Part shown: piece after piece, positions 1-9,261 of the stretch
Numbering within the stretch: position 1 is the stretch's first letter
Layout: the number at the start of each line of letters is the position of its first letter
IMG/VR virus record: IMGVR_UViG_3300048838_000781
Coordinates: 1 to 61,225 of that record
Direction: 5' to 3' (one strand)
Length of the DNA: 61,225 bases
From: a virus
Lineage: Duplodnaviria > Caudoviricetes
Program-made: the position numbers and the translations under genes
Notes under the pieces: model-generated
The model's input: only the letters and a program-made list of their open reading frames with translations
Databases searched by the model: none
Told to the model about the DNA's origin: nothing

Positions 1-127
1 TCGAGGCGACGCCACCCCCGGCCGACCCGATCCCGCGCAGCGGCCAACCCGACCTCGGCGAGGTGCGCGGGCAGGAGGGTGCGCGGCGAGCGCTCGAGAT
101 CGCCGCCGCCGGCGGCCACAATCTCCT
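1..127 (+). pseudogene. comM: 5' part of host ComM/YifB Mg-chelatase-like AAA+ ATPase, interrupted by the prophage
   Basis: Frame from nt 3 reads PDLGEVRGQEGARRALEIAAAGGHNLL, the conserved ComM segment just before Walker A; then runs into phage sequence and stops at TGA 177-179. Confidence 0.93.
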
Positions 128-145
128 CGGGTTGTGTTCTGGACC
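110..145. other. attL, CT core at 126-127
   Basis: Joining CACAATCTC-CT to the right end CT-TCTGGTCGGC restores GHNLLLVGPPG in frame. Confidence 0.8.
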
Positions 146-179
146 TGGCGAAGATATCGACCCCGCCAAGACCCTTTGA

Positions 180-575
180 TTACAGCGCCTTGAGAAAGTC
201 CGACGCAGATCGCAAGGCAGCCTGGGCCCGCATGAGGGCGTCTACGAGTCGAGCGCCAGAGTCTCGGTGCTCAAGCGTCCGCGGCCGAAACCGAACGTGA
301 TCCAACCGCGGCAGAACGCGAGTAATCCATCGCTGAACCTGCTCGATCTCGTCGTCCTTGGCCTGCCCATCCGCCAGCGCACTCGCTCGTCTCAGGAGCC
401 GATCGAGGTCGCTCTCAAGCGCTCCGACGACCGTCCGATAACTGCGTACGTCTCTCAGGAACGAATCGATGTCGGACCTCTTGACTCCAGTCGGCTCTAG
501 GGGCACGCATTCGATCTGGACGAGAACCCACGGTTCGATCGAGTCCAACAGGGAGACCTGTTTCATTGAGGCCAT
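180..575 (-). CDS. Hypothetical helical protein (cargo next to attL)
   Basis: ORF, start taken at ATG 575 (MASMKQ); no recognisable motif. Confidence 0.5.
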   Translation of the reverse strand: MASMKQVSLLDSIEPWVLVQIECVPLEPTGVKRSDIDSFLRDVRSYRTVVGALESDLDRLLRRASALADGQAKDDEIEQVQRWITRVLPRLDHVRFRPRTLEHRDSGARLVDALMRAQAALRSASDFLKAL

Positions 576-754
576 TGTACGCCTGCCACCTGGTAGGGTG
601 ATCCTGCCCCGAGCTGGCAAGGTGACGGGAACGCCGCGTCGCTCGGGCTCCTACGCGGTCGCCGCACGACCGGCGGAAGCCGCGCCAAATCGCAACGAAA
701 CGTAGTCCAATTGGAGGTCGCCAACCCAACCGAGACGCGATAGCCTCAAGATGC

Positions 755-2644
755 ATGAACAAGCTGAAGTTGAAGATTTCTGGCTGGCTAGTGGCAGCTG
801 GAGGCGCCCTCATCGGTGGCCACAGGTTCTCGAGTCTTTCAGAGACGATCCGGGTGATCCTCGTGATCACCGGTGCTTGCCTGGTGCTGATCGCCCTCGC
901 CGTAGCCGTTTCAGCGGGGAGGTCACGACTTTCGGACTTGGCAGCCTGGCTTCGCATTGCGTCACGCAGAGGATCCAGGGTCAGGACCAGACTCTTCAAG
1001 GTCCTTGCAGATGTTGTTTTCGTCGGCGTGAGCCTCATCCTAGCTCTCGCTCTCGTCTCGCCGAACCTGCTCGGGCTCGGTTGGGTAGGCGTGGGCATCA
1101 TCTTCGTTTGGTGGCTTTCCTACAGGCGTCACCGCCGGAGGGAGCACAACCGAGAGGCGGCGACGATCCGAGTCCTGCCTAAGCTGTTTCAACTTGTCGA
1201 TCGAGCTGACCGATTCAGCGCCAGCGGATCCGATGAGCTGAAGGCGTTTATTAGGCAACTCGTTGACGAGCTTCGGCTCATTCTCGACGCAATGCACGAG
1301 CCAGATCATGGGGGTGTCGTGATCTGGGTCTACGCCCCCAGCCGAACCGAGGGCGTTCTCAACTGTTGGGCTGTGAGCCACTCGGTCGCGCACAGCGTCC
1401 CCGCAGAGGCTTTCGACTGCAGCCTCCACGCGCTACTCAGCAGCGGTAAGGATCGCATCAAGATCACATGGGGAAGTATTGCCGGATACTCCCTCGCTCG
1501 AACCGCCACATGGAAAGACCCGTATCCAGAACCCCAGCTGCTTGACACCGCGACCGACTGCCGAGCGTGCGACTACAGCTACTTGGAGCAGCTTCAGCAG
1601 GATGACCAGAAGAAGTTCATGGCCGGTTCGGTCCTGGTCACAAATCTCCGGGCTATCGACGACGACGCCAGCTGGGCCTTCGCGGGCGGGTGGCTCCTCC
1701 CGATCATCGCGATTCACCCGAAGCCTCTTTGGTTCACCGGTCTCGATCGTTTGACCTTCTGGCACGCGACTGAGGCGCTGTCGCGACTGATCCGTCGGAA
1801 CCGATCGGTACTTCCACCAGAGTGGCGATTGGCCCGAGGAGAGCGGTCGGTCTTGATCGCAGCGCTCCGGGACGATGTTGAAGAACTCGACGACGCCAGC
1901 ATCGGTGCCGCTCAGGCTACGTTTGGTCTGAGCGACCGGGAGGCGAGGTTTTCAGTCGAATCACCAACCATCCAGGCGGGGCGCAAACGGGCCAAGGACT
2001 TCGAGGAGGCTCCACTGGTCCGAGTAGACGTGTTGGACAAGTCTGGACTCGCCCATGCGTCAGGTTCTCGATGGGCCAAGGATCAGCTCGACTACCTATC
2101 CCACGGCGGTCATCCGAGCTTCGATCTTCTTGGAGATCTGTACCTCTCACGCCAACTTGCGCTGCTTGAGGATTCGGGGAGGACCAACGGCCAGCAGACA
2201 CCGGCCATCGTGGACGGTACGCTGTGCAATCACATCCTCGATGGTGTGGATCGCGACGCGAGAAGATCGGAGGTAGTCGACGAGTTGCTTCGCACGGTGG
2301 CCGAACGCCGTCCCGGAAGCATCTACGTTCTCCCCCGGCGACCTGTGGCATCCAGAGACGCACTCAAGAGGGCGGTATCTCACCTCACGCGACTCGGTTG
2401 GAAGCCCTGTCTTGACGCCACTACAAGCGAGGCCGGCGCCAAGCTGGCCGAGGAAGTCGGCGCGACATGGATTCGAATACCGAGAGACTACGTCGCCACC
2501 AGAGCTGGTGATCCTGCCCAGGTCGCCGGCTTTGAGACTTTGATCAAGGCGGCCACAACGAGGAACCTCGGTGTGATCGCATGCGGAAACCCGAGCACCG
2601 CGAGATTTCAAGTCGACGGCGTATACTGGGAAGTTGCGCGCTGA
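755..2644 (+). CDS. Membrane protein: 4 N-terminal TM helices, central sensor-like region, C-terminal degenerate EAL-like domain
   Basis: Four hydrophobic segments in aa 8-122; C-terminus EEAPLVR...GWKPCLD...WIRIPRDYV...LIKAATTRNLGVIACG follows EAL spacing without catalytic residues. Confidence 0.65.
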   Translation: MNKLKLKISGWLVAAGGALIGGHRFSSLSETIRVILVITGACLVLIALAVAVSAGRSRLSDLAAWLRIASRRGSRVRTRLFKVLADVVFVGVSLILALALVSPNLLGLGWVGVGIIFVWWLSYRRHRRREHNREAATIRVLPKLFQLVDRADRFSASGSDELKAFIRQLVDELRLILDAMHEPDHGGVVIWVYAPSRTEGVLNCWAVSHSVAHSVPAEAFDCSLHALLSSGKDRIKITWGSIAGYSLARTATWKDPYPEPQLLDTATDCRACDYSYLEQLQQDDQKKFMAGSVLVTNLRAIDDDASWAFAGGWLLPIIAIHPKPLWFTGLDRLTFWHATEALSRLIRRNRSVLPPEWRLARGERSVLIAALRDDVEELDDASIGAAQATFGLSDREARFSVESPTIQAGRKRAKDFEEAPLVRVDVLDKSGLAHASGSRWAKDQLDYLSHGGHPSFDLLGDLYLSRQLALLEDSGRTNGQQTPAIVDGTLCNHILDGVDRDARRSEVVDELLRTVAERRPGSIYVLPRRPVASRDALKRAVSHLTRLGWKPCLDATTSEAGAKLAEEVGATWIRIPRDYVATRAGDPAQVAGFETLIKAATTRNLGVIACGNPSTARFQVDGVYWEVAR

Positions 2645-2701
2645 GCACGACGACGTATAGATTCTGATTCTGTAGCATGAAGACCAACGAAGGAAGACGC
2701 C

Positions 2702-2902
2702 ATGGCAGCAACTGAGCCACTCAAGACCGAACCGGAGACAGGCGCGGCAAGGTTCTCAGAACCATTCCTCACCGATGTGAGGAGGTTCCTGCAGGTTCTC
2801 TCGCCGAGGTCGCACGAGCGACGGGTGTTCGAGCTCCTCTCAAAGTACAAGGACCGCGAGAAACCAGTTTCTGGTCCTGGTGGTAGGCGGGCAACCGCCT
2901 AG
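2702..2902 (+). CDS. Small hypothetical protein
   Basis: 66-aa ORF with purine-rich RBS, co-oriented with 755-2644. Confidence 0.45.
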   Translation: MAATEPLKTEPETGAARFSEPFLTDVRRFLQVLSPRSHERRVFELLSKYKDREKPVSGPGGRRATA

Positions 2903-4419
2903 CCTGGTAGCTGGTCGGACGCAGGCCGAGCTATCGGAGTCATTGTCACCCCAGTCACTGCCCACGGAGACGACCCGCGAACCGTGCGGCCGAGCTCATC
3001 CCGCTGCAGCGGAACTCGCTCGAGCTCGACGTCGACCCACTCGACGACCGAAGCGATCAGCCGGCGCTTCTGTGCGTCGGTGAGCCGATGCGGCGACCCG
3101 ACCACGGCTCGCACGGCGGCGGCTGCCCGGCGCAGATCGGTGCCGTCGAGCGAGGCGACGCGCACGAGAGCGACGCGGTGGCGTTCTTCGGCGGCGGCGA
3201 TCGCGGCACGGTACTCCTCGGCCCGCTCGGCGAACTCTGCTGGCGAGATCTCGCCGTCAGCGCGTAGGTCGATCAGCACGGACTGCCGGCGGCGCAGCTT
3301 CTCGATCTCGGCCGCCGCTGCGTCGGCTTCGGCCTGGACCGATCCGAGCTGCTCGGGAGCCTGTGACGCGCGGACGATCTCGTCGAGCATTTCGCCCTCG
3401 ACGAGGCGCACAAACTCAGTCCACACTGCGGCGTTGACGAGTGCCACCGAGACCCAGGGACCGCCCGGCAGCGCGTAGGAGTTCCGTCCCTTCGAACCGT
3501 CGATTGTGGGTAGCCGCCCACCGATCCGGAGCATGCCGGTGAGCATTCCGATCCGGCCGCCGCCGGTCGCACGCTCCCGCAGGGCTCGCTGAGACGCCTC
3601 CCAGGTCTCGCGATCGACGATCGCTTCGTGGGCATCGGGTACGACGATCGCTCTCGACATGTCTGGTGCGTGGTAGCGCTTGCCGGGAACCTGCTTCCAC
3701 GCACCGCTGAATGCGACGCCCAGGTAGGCGGGGTTCTTGAGGATGCTGACGACGGAGGACTTGCACCATCGGGAGCCGCGTCGCGTCCGCGAGCCGTCGG
3801 TGTTGAGCCTTCGGGCGATCTCCTTCGCCGACACCCCGGAGGCCGACCAGGCGAACATCCGCCGCACCACGGCGGCCTCGGCCGGCACGATCTGGAGCGT
3901 TCCGCGCTGCGGGTGTCCCTTGGGCGGATTCTGGTAGCCGAAGGGGCTGATCGATCCCGCGCGCTTGCCTTGCTTCGCCTTCTCACGACGCCCTCGAGTC
4001 GTCCGCTCGCGGATGCGCTCGTACTCTGCACGGTCGACCAGAGACTGGATCCCGAGCATGAAGCGATCATCGATCGAGCCAAGGTCTCGGATCGCACCCT
4101 GGACGATCACCCGCATCTGCCGCTCTCGAAGCTCACGCAGCAGGAGCGCCACCTCGAGTTCGTCGCCGCGGGTCAGCCGGCTCTGCTCGTGCACGTAGAT
4201 CGCGTCGGCTCTGAGATCGCGCACCGCGGCGAGGACCTGCTGGAGCACCGCGCGGTCCTGGACAGCGAGGGCCCCCGACTCGACGCCGCGGAACTCAGCG
4301 ATCGTGGTCCATCCGCTGCGGGTGGCTAGCTCGCGGTAGATCCGCTGCTGCGAGTCGAGGGAGGAGCCTTCGGCGGACTGGACCTCCGTCGAGACGCGGA
4401 AGAGAGCGATCACCCGCAT
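2899..4419 (-). CDS. Large serine recombinase (prophage integrase)
   Basis: RVSTEVQ...SLDSQ catalytic motif, SRLTR, PFGY, ILKNPAYLG, HEAIVDRETWE, C-terminal coiled coil. Confidence 0.95.
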   Translation of the reverse strand: MRVIALFRVSTEVQSAEGSSLDSQQRIYRELATRSGWTTIAEFRGVESGALAVQDRAVLQQVLAAVRDLRADAIYVHEQSRLTRGDELEVALLLRELRERQMRVIVQGAIRDLGSIDDRFMLGIQSLVDRAEYERIRERTTRGRREKAKQGKRAGSISPFGYQNPPKGHPQRGTLQIVPAEAAVVRRMFAWSASGVSAKEIARRLNTDGSRTRRGSRWCKSSVVSILKNPAYLGVAFSGAWKQVPGKRYHAPDMSRAIVVPDAHEAIVDRETWEASQRALRERATGGGRIGMLTGMLRIGGRLPTIDGSKGRNSYALPGGPWVSVALVNAAVWTEFVRLVEGEMLDEIVRASQAPEQLGSVQAEADAAAAEIEKLRRRQSVLIDLRADGEISPAEFAERAEEYRAAIAAAEERHRVALVRVASLDGTDLRRAAAAVRAVVGSPHRLTDAQKRRLIASVVEWVDVELERVPLQRDELGRTVRGSSPWAVTGVTMTPIARPASDQLPG

Positions 4420-4703
4420 CGGTCAGGTGCTCTTACGTACGCCTCGAATGGCTGCGGAGGGCGGCGCGGAAGCGAGAACTCGACCCAGCCATCGCACTGC
4501 CGCGAGAGGTGCCCCACGGGCGCGTTCAGGTCGCGGATTTCCCGGCGGCAGCCAGCGTAGAAGTTGTCGACCTCGGAGAAGTGGACGTGGTTCAGCTCCA
4601 GCTCTGCCGGGTAGCAGTCCTTGGTCTGCCAGTCCTGCATCGGCTGGCCGCACCTCGGGCACGGGATCTCGGGCACGCCGTCGACGTAGTTGAACAGTCC
4701 CAT
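4410..4703 (-). CDS. Small Zn-finger protein (possible recombination directionality factor)
   Basis: CPRCG...WQTKD...C...C; overlaps integrase start; RDF role is inference. Confidence 0.6.
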   Translation of the reverse strand: MGLFNYVDGVPEIPCPRCGQPMQDWQTKDCYPAELELNHVHFSEVDNFYAGCRREIRDLNAPVGHLSRQCDGWVEFSLPRRPPQPFEAYVRAPDRCG

Positions 4704-4711
4704 CAGTCCGC

Positions 4712-5143
4712 CTACCGTTTAGGCTCTGTATCGTCCAGCGACACCCACGAGTCGGCTTCGATCCGTGGCGGAAGCCAGCCTTCGACTCTCCCGGCTGCGT
4801 TGACTCTAAGGATGATGTAGTCGCCGAAGCCTTCCGCGTCGTCGCCATGGCACAGGAACTCGTCGGGAACGTAGTGTCCAGCCCACTTTGCGATCCTGCG
4901 GCCTTCGCTTGCCAGCCAGTAATCCCCATCGTCGCAGACTTTGTAGTGCACGTCCGCCGTGGTTCCGACGGGCCAACCCTCTACTAGCCCATCGGCGAGT
5001 CGGATCTTTGGGCACCACGAGTCGGAAACACGAAACGGGATAAGGCTGCCGTCAGTGTCTTCGCGGCCGTCCACGGTGGCGTCTTCCCAGTAACGTACCC
5101 TGGCATCTACCTCGATGTGCGTGGCCTGTTCGAGCGCGGTCAC
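4712..5143 (-). CDS. Conserved phage hypothetical protein
   Basis: VRYWEDATVDG...HYKVCDDGDY pattern; RBS and start/stop overlap with upstream gene. Confidence 0.75.
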   Translation of the reverse strand: MTALEQATHIEVDARVRYWEDATVDGREDTDGSLIPFRVSDSWCPKIRLADGLVEGWPVGTTADVHYKVCDDGDYWLASEGRRIAKWAGHYVPDEFLCHGDDAEGFGDYIILRVNAAGRVEGWLPPRIEADSWVSLDDTEPKR

Positions 5144-5820
5144 TTCCCACCTCCCTGCGCCCGCAGGCGCTCGGCACCCATGAACTTGATTCCCAGCCTC
5201 ACGAAGTAGTCGTCGTCTGGGTCAGACGACTCGACTGAGATCCTGTCCGCGTTGCCGAGATCAGCACGAACAGCACCGCCAAACACCTCCTCAAGCCATC
5301 CGGTGCCGTAGCCAGCTACCCACCCGAGATCGACCTCAACCGGCCCATTCTTGAGTGCTGGCAGCAAGACTTCCTCGCGGAACGCTTCGCCGCTGAACGG
5401 CCCTTGTTTGCGGTATCGACCGCCCGGGGCTTCGGTCCAATCCCGAACACAGATGGTAGTCTTCCCCTCCAACACCGCAAGAACCGCTCTCGCCAAGTTG
5501 TCGGTGGCGTGCTCGTGGTCCACCGAGTCCGCAATCAGGTGCGTGAGCGCAGGCTCTTCCACAATCCCGCGGATGCGCAAGAGTTTGGACTCAAGGTTGT
5601 CGATTCGCGCGACTGCCCGTCTCGCAGCATCGTCGACGTTACAGGGGCCCTCGGCACCCACTGCCGCTACAAGCGTCTGACAAGCAGATCGACACCTGGC
5701 CCTCAGCCCATGAACGGTGAGCTCCTGGTCGAACCTCTCGCGGGTCGCTGCCTCTTCCAGGCCTCGTTGCAAATTGGCAATCGTCCGCTTTAGTTGATCT
5801 AGGCGACGACGAATGCTCAC
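5140..5820 (-). CDS. Coiled-coil protein with C-terminal STAS-like (DUF4325-type) domain
   Basis: PGGRYRKQGPFSGEAFREEVLLPAL...VDLGWVAGYGTGWLEEVFGG; GTG start at 5820. Confidence 0.7.
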   Translation of the reverse strand: MSIRRRLDQLKRTIANLQRGLEEAATRERFDQELTVHGLRARCRSACQTLVAAVGAEGPCNVDDAARRAVARIDNLESKLLRIRGIVEEPALTHLIADSVDHEHATDNLARAVLAVLEGKTTICVRDWTEAPGGRYRKQGPFSGEAFREEVLLPALKNGPVEVDLGWVAGYGTGWLEEVFGGAVRADLGNADRISVESSDPDDDYFVRLGIKFMGAERLRAQGGGK

Positions 5821-6035
5821 GCAGCACGCTCCGGCTGCTGCTCCGCGAGCACCTCGACCGCCGGCGCCGACTTCCACCGCCGCATCAGGTACAGAGCCCG
5901 AGCCTTGTCTCCCGACTCGAGGGCGAGGGTGATCTCGCGCTTGAGGCGCTCCTCGGCCTCGTCGATCTCGCGCGCGATCTCGACGGCCACGGGTCCGATC
6001 TTGCTGAGTGTCTTCATGGGTCCTCCCGGCTTCAT
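5817..6035 (-). CDS. Small hypothetical protein
   Basis: ATGA-type overlap chain within the early operon. Confidence 0.55.
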   Translation of the reverse strand: MKPGGPMKTLSKIGPVAVEIAREIDEAEERLKREITLALESGDKARALYLMRRWKSAPAVEVLAEQQPERAA

Positions 6036-6607
6036 GCCGAAGCCTCCATCTCGAGGTCGGGAACGTGGGTCCATGTGCGCCGACGGACGATGTCGTGCAC
6101 GGTGCTCGGATTCATTCCGAATGCGGCGGCGATCTTGGCGAGCGACTGCCCTTCGGATCGACGACGACGGATCTCGACTACCCGGAGAGCATTCAGCTTG
6201 GCGTTTGGATGCCGGTCACCAACTTCGAACCGGTTGAAGTGTGCACGGCCGCGGTCTCGCATGTCTGCGAGGTTGTCGGCCTGCGTTCCCACAACGAGAT
6301 GGTCGGGGCGGACGCAAGCGACGTTGTCGCAACGGTGCCGAACAACCAGACCGTAAGGGATCGGGCCGTTGACGGCAGTGAAAGCGAATCGGTGGGCCAG
6401 GTAGCGCCGCTTCCCGATGCAGAAGATCCCATACGACAGGGAACCATTGGGGCGCTTCGTTCGGTATCCCTGCCAAGTCCAGCAGTCATCGCCGGTGGGT
6501 GAGACTACTATCAGGCCGCAGAAACGCTCGATGTGATGAGCCTCGATACCCACCGACGCTCCACCCCCGCCGGCGAAGAGGTCGACGATAATCCCGCGCT
6601 CAGCCAT
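6032..6607 (-). CDS. HNH endonuclease with C-terminal HTH and an N-terminal C5-methyltransferase motif-I remnant
   Basis: IIVDLFAGGGGASVGIE, then CWTWQG...AHRFAF...VVRHRCDNVACVRPDHL...NAKL...HTH. Confidence 0.85.
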   Translation of the reverse strand: MAERGIIVDLFAGGGGASVGIEAHHIERFCGLIVVSPTGDDCWTWQGYRTKRPNGSLSYGIFCIGKRRYLAHRFAFTAVNGPIPYGLVVRHRCDNVACVRPDHLVVGTQADNLADMRDRGRAHFNRFEVGDRHPNAKLNALRVVEIRRRRSEGQSLAKIAAAFGMNPSTVHDIVRRRTWTHVPDLEMEASA

Positions 6608-7046
6608 TGCAGAGACCCCTCCAGCGCTTGACGGCATCGCGCGCTGCGGCCTCTGAGTCATCCAGAGGCATCGCCTCCATCCAATGCCGGGAGACCTCCA
6701 TTCCCACACGCCTACCGACCAGGCGAGCCAGCTGGGCCAGCTCCAGGGCGATCTCTTCTGTCGAAATGTCACCGACCGCCAGTAGCGGAACGATCTCGAG
6801 ATCGCCAGAGGGGGACAGAACGAAGCTTCGCCAGTGCAGGCTCCGAGCAGCCTCAACACCGCAGCCCGGCGGGATAGAGGCCAGCCAGACCATTCGCGCC
6901 TTCAGGTACTCAGCATCAGCGATAGTCGCAGCGGTTCTTGCGGCATCGAGGCGACGGTTTGCCGAAGTGCTCTTCGCGCACGCTGCCGCATACCGCCGAT
7001 ACTCGGGTGTGTCTTGCCTCATCGCGAGCACGGTCGGATCAGCCAT
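6600..7046 (-). CDS. Hypothetical protein
   Basis: ORF with GGAGG-like RBS, overlapping neighbours. Confidence 0.55.
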   Translation of the reverse strand: MADPTVLAMRQDTPEYRRYAAACAKSTSANRRLDAARTAATIADAEYLKARMVWLASIPPGCGVEAARSLHWRSFVLSPSGDLEIVPLLAVGDISTEEIALELAQLARLVGRRVGMEVSRHWMEAMPLDDSEAAARDAVKRWRGLCNG

Positions 7047-7332
7047 TCCCCACCTCGCTCCCGGCTCGCCGCGGGTCTTTCTCCGTGATCTCCACCGCAG
7101 CTGCGAAGTACAGATTCAGCGAGACCGAATCGACGCCACCTTCGGCGGCGAGGAAGCGGGTGATCTCGTTCGCCGCTTTGACGGCGCGCCATCCCTCCCT
7201 CGCCATGGCGATTCGGAGGTGAGTCTCGGCCTCCGAGACGCGCTCCGCGTATCGCTCGCCGAGAAGCGATCGGACCTGGTCCCGGCGCTCGACCAGCATT
7301 GCTGCGAGCTCGATCGACTTGGAGAGGCTCAC
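7039..7332 (-). CDS. Hypothetical protein
   Basis: GTG start overlapping ASCH stop, GGAGG RBS. Confidence 0.6.
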   Translation of the reverse strand: MSLSKSIELAAMLVERRDQVRSLLGERYAERVSEAETHLRIAMAREGWRAVKAANEITRFLAAEGGVDSVSLNLYFAAAVEITEKDPRRAGSEVGNG

Positions 7333-7787
7333 GACGCCACCTCCGAACCCGCGGCGGCCAGCTCGGGCGGCACCTCGACCTCGAACAGGCCCTGAGCGCC
7401 GCGGACCGCGAACGGCTCGAAGTCGAGGCAGATCGGCTCTGTGCACCAGCAGAAGCGGCCGAGCGAGTAGTCGCCGAGCATCCTCTCGGCGCCGGCGACG
7501 AGCGAAAGACCGAGCAGCCGATCGGTCCTGACGCAGCCGGTCAGGCGCACGAGAGCGACAGCGAGCCCAGGACGAACCACCCGATCCCACGCGATGCCGA
7601 AGTTCTCCTCCAGGTCGATGGCGATGTCCTCAGTTGCCGTTCGCTCCTCTCGCGTCCACCGCTTCGAAGCGCAGATCAGCAGCGGACCGCGATAGCCGGT
7701 GTACCAGCAGCGCGTCTCGATCCGCTTGAGCCCGGCTCGCATCAGCGAGGCCCAGGGCTCCCACAAAGACAGTGCCTTGACGATCAC
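7329..7787 (-). CDS. ASCH domain protein
   Basis: KALSLWEPWASLMRAGLKRIETRCWYTGYRGPLLICAS...VRGAQGLF. Confidence 0.88.
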   Translation of the reverse strand: MIVKALSLWEPWASLMRAGLKRIETRCWYTGYRGPLLICASKRWTREERTATEDIAIDLEENFGIAWDRVVRPGLAVALVRLTGCVRTDRLLGLSLVAGAERMLGDYSLGRFCWCTEPICLDFEPFAVRGAQGLFEVEVPPELAAAGSEVAS

Positions 7788-8131
7788 GTGCACCTCCCCG
7801 ACTCATAGGCGATCCACTCGCCGAAGGTCATACCCGTGTCGGCAACCAGGAACCGCTGGTAGCGCTCCTGCGACCGCGTGAGCTTCGGCGGCTTCGGGCT
7901 GTGATCGCGAACGAACTGCCGCCCGGCATCTGTGACCCAGTAGACGTTGTCACCACCAACCCATTCCTGCGCCACCGCGACGTCCATCAAGCCCGCGGCT
8001 ACCAGCTCCTCGCACAGCGGAAAGCTCACCGTGCGAGGCCCCGTCACGAAGCGGTTGCGGTACTCGCGCCCCCGGCCATACTCATCGAGCCCCAGCGCAT
8101 GCTGGAGGATGTGCAGCTTGGGGTCACGCAT
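7784..8131 (-). CDS. Conserved phage hypothetical protein
   Basis: LHILQHALGLDEYGRG..YRNRFVTG...VTDAG pattern. Confidence 0.7.
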   Translation of the reverse strand: MRDPKLHILQHALGLDEYGRGREYRNRFVTGPRTVSFPLCEELVAAGLMDVAVAQEWVGGDNVYWVTDAGRQFVRDHSPKPPKLTRSQERYQRFLVADTGMTFGEWIAYESGRCT

Positions 8132-8339
8132 GGTCCGCCTCCAGCTTCCTGGTCGTGTAGCTCACGCTGACCACGCGCGAGCAGAGGAACTCCCGCTCGC
8201 ACTCGCTGCATTCCGTCTCCTCCGTGGCCTCGCCACCCCCAGCCCACTCCCACGAGTCCCGGTGCTCATAGCCGCAGTAGGGACAGGTGATTTGGTCAGC
8301 TAGGAACACCTCGTCCTTGAAGAATCTCTCCGCGCTCAA
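8124..8339 (-). CDS. Small zinc-ribbon protein
   Basis: CPYCG...CSECE; probable TTG start. Confidence 0.65.
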   Translation of the reverse strand: MSAERFFKDEVFLADQITCPYCGYEHRDSWEWAGGGEATEETECSECEREFLCSRVVSVSYTTRKLEADHA

Positions 8340-8944
8340 GACGCCACCCCCATAGCTCCAGGGATCACGAACCGGTCCGCCGGATCGATCCAGTCCAGGC
8401 CGAGCACGCGGAAAACGTCGGCCTCCTCCGGCGTCGGTACGGCACGCCCGCGCGAGTCGTGAAGGACTCCCTCGTGCGAGTAGCCGCCCTGCGTGATCCG
8501 CTTCCACCGCGCGAGCGCCCCGCGACCGAAGTCAGCCGGGCCGGTTCGATAGAACAGGATCAGACCCCACCGCTCCGGCGTTGTGACGAACAGGTCGACC
8601 TGGACGTGCTGGACGTTGTGGATCAGCTGCCAGTAGCGGCCGTCGTCGCGGATCTCGCGTTGCCGACCGCCGGCGAGGTCACCAGGTCGCAAGGATCGAT
8701 GCGACCGAGCAGCCTCGGCGAGGAGGTTCACGCGATCGACGGACGGGGGTCCGAAGAGCGAGATGGGTCCGGGAGAGGGCCGCTCCTCCCACCTGGGAAT
8801 CGCCACGATCTCGATGTCTCCGATGGCCTGACGGCTCCGGCGGATGGATCCGGCGACCTCGATCCGCTCGCAGTACGGCCGCAGAGACTCGACGATCCCG
8901 ACCGCGATCTCCTTCGCTCGGGCTAGGGGTAGCAGGGTCTTCAC
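8336..8944 (-). CDS. Minimal X-family DNA polymerase (palm and thumb only)
   Basis: EVAGSIRR..IGDIEIV, VQVDLF, FYRTGPADF, TPEEADVFRVLGLDWIDPADR; about 202 aa from GTG 8944. Confidence 0.88.
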   Translation of the reverse strand: MKTLLPLARAKEIAVGIVESLRPYCERIEVAGSIRRSRQAIGDIEIVAIPRWEERPSPGPISLFGPPSVDRVNLLAEAARSHRSLRPGDLAGGRQREIRDDGRYWQLIHNVQHVQVDLFVTTPERWGLILFYRTGPADFGRGALARWKRITQGGYSHEGVLHDSRGRAVPTPEEADVFRVLGLDWIDPADRFVIPGAMGVAS

Positions 8945-9261
8945 GACTGCACCTCCCCCGGCAGCTGGTCGAGGGTTCCGAGCTCGAGCGAGTAGCCCAT
9001 GTACCGTGCGACCTTCATCCGCTTCGCTTGCAGGCGGTCGAGCTTCTCTTGCTCGGAGCCGAGGCGGACCAAGCCGAGGTCGCCCGCGATGTCGAGTACG
9101 GCGAGGAGGTCCCACACCTCTTCGGAGAGTCGCTGAACGTTGTCGAGGCTCTGACCCGCCATCACCTCATCCGGGCCGAAGCGAGCGGCCTTCGAGCATC
9201 GCTGGGCCACCTCGGCGCACTCCTCGGCGACGAGCCAGAGCACGTATTCCGCGAGCTTCAT
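8941..9261 (-). CDS. MazG-like nucleotide pyrophosphohydrolase
   Basis: AEECAEVAQRCSKAARFG...EEVWDL acidic motifs. Confidence 0.8.
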   Translation of the reverse strand: MKLAEYVLWLVAEECAEVAQRCSKAARFGPDEVMAGQSLDNVQRLSEEVWDLLAVLDIAGDLGLVRLGSEQEKLDRLQAKRMKVARYMGYSLELGTLDQLPGEVQS

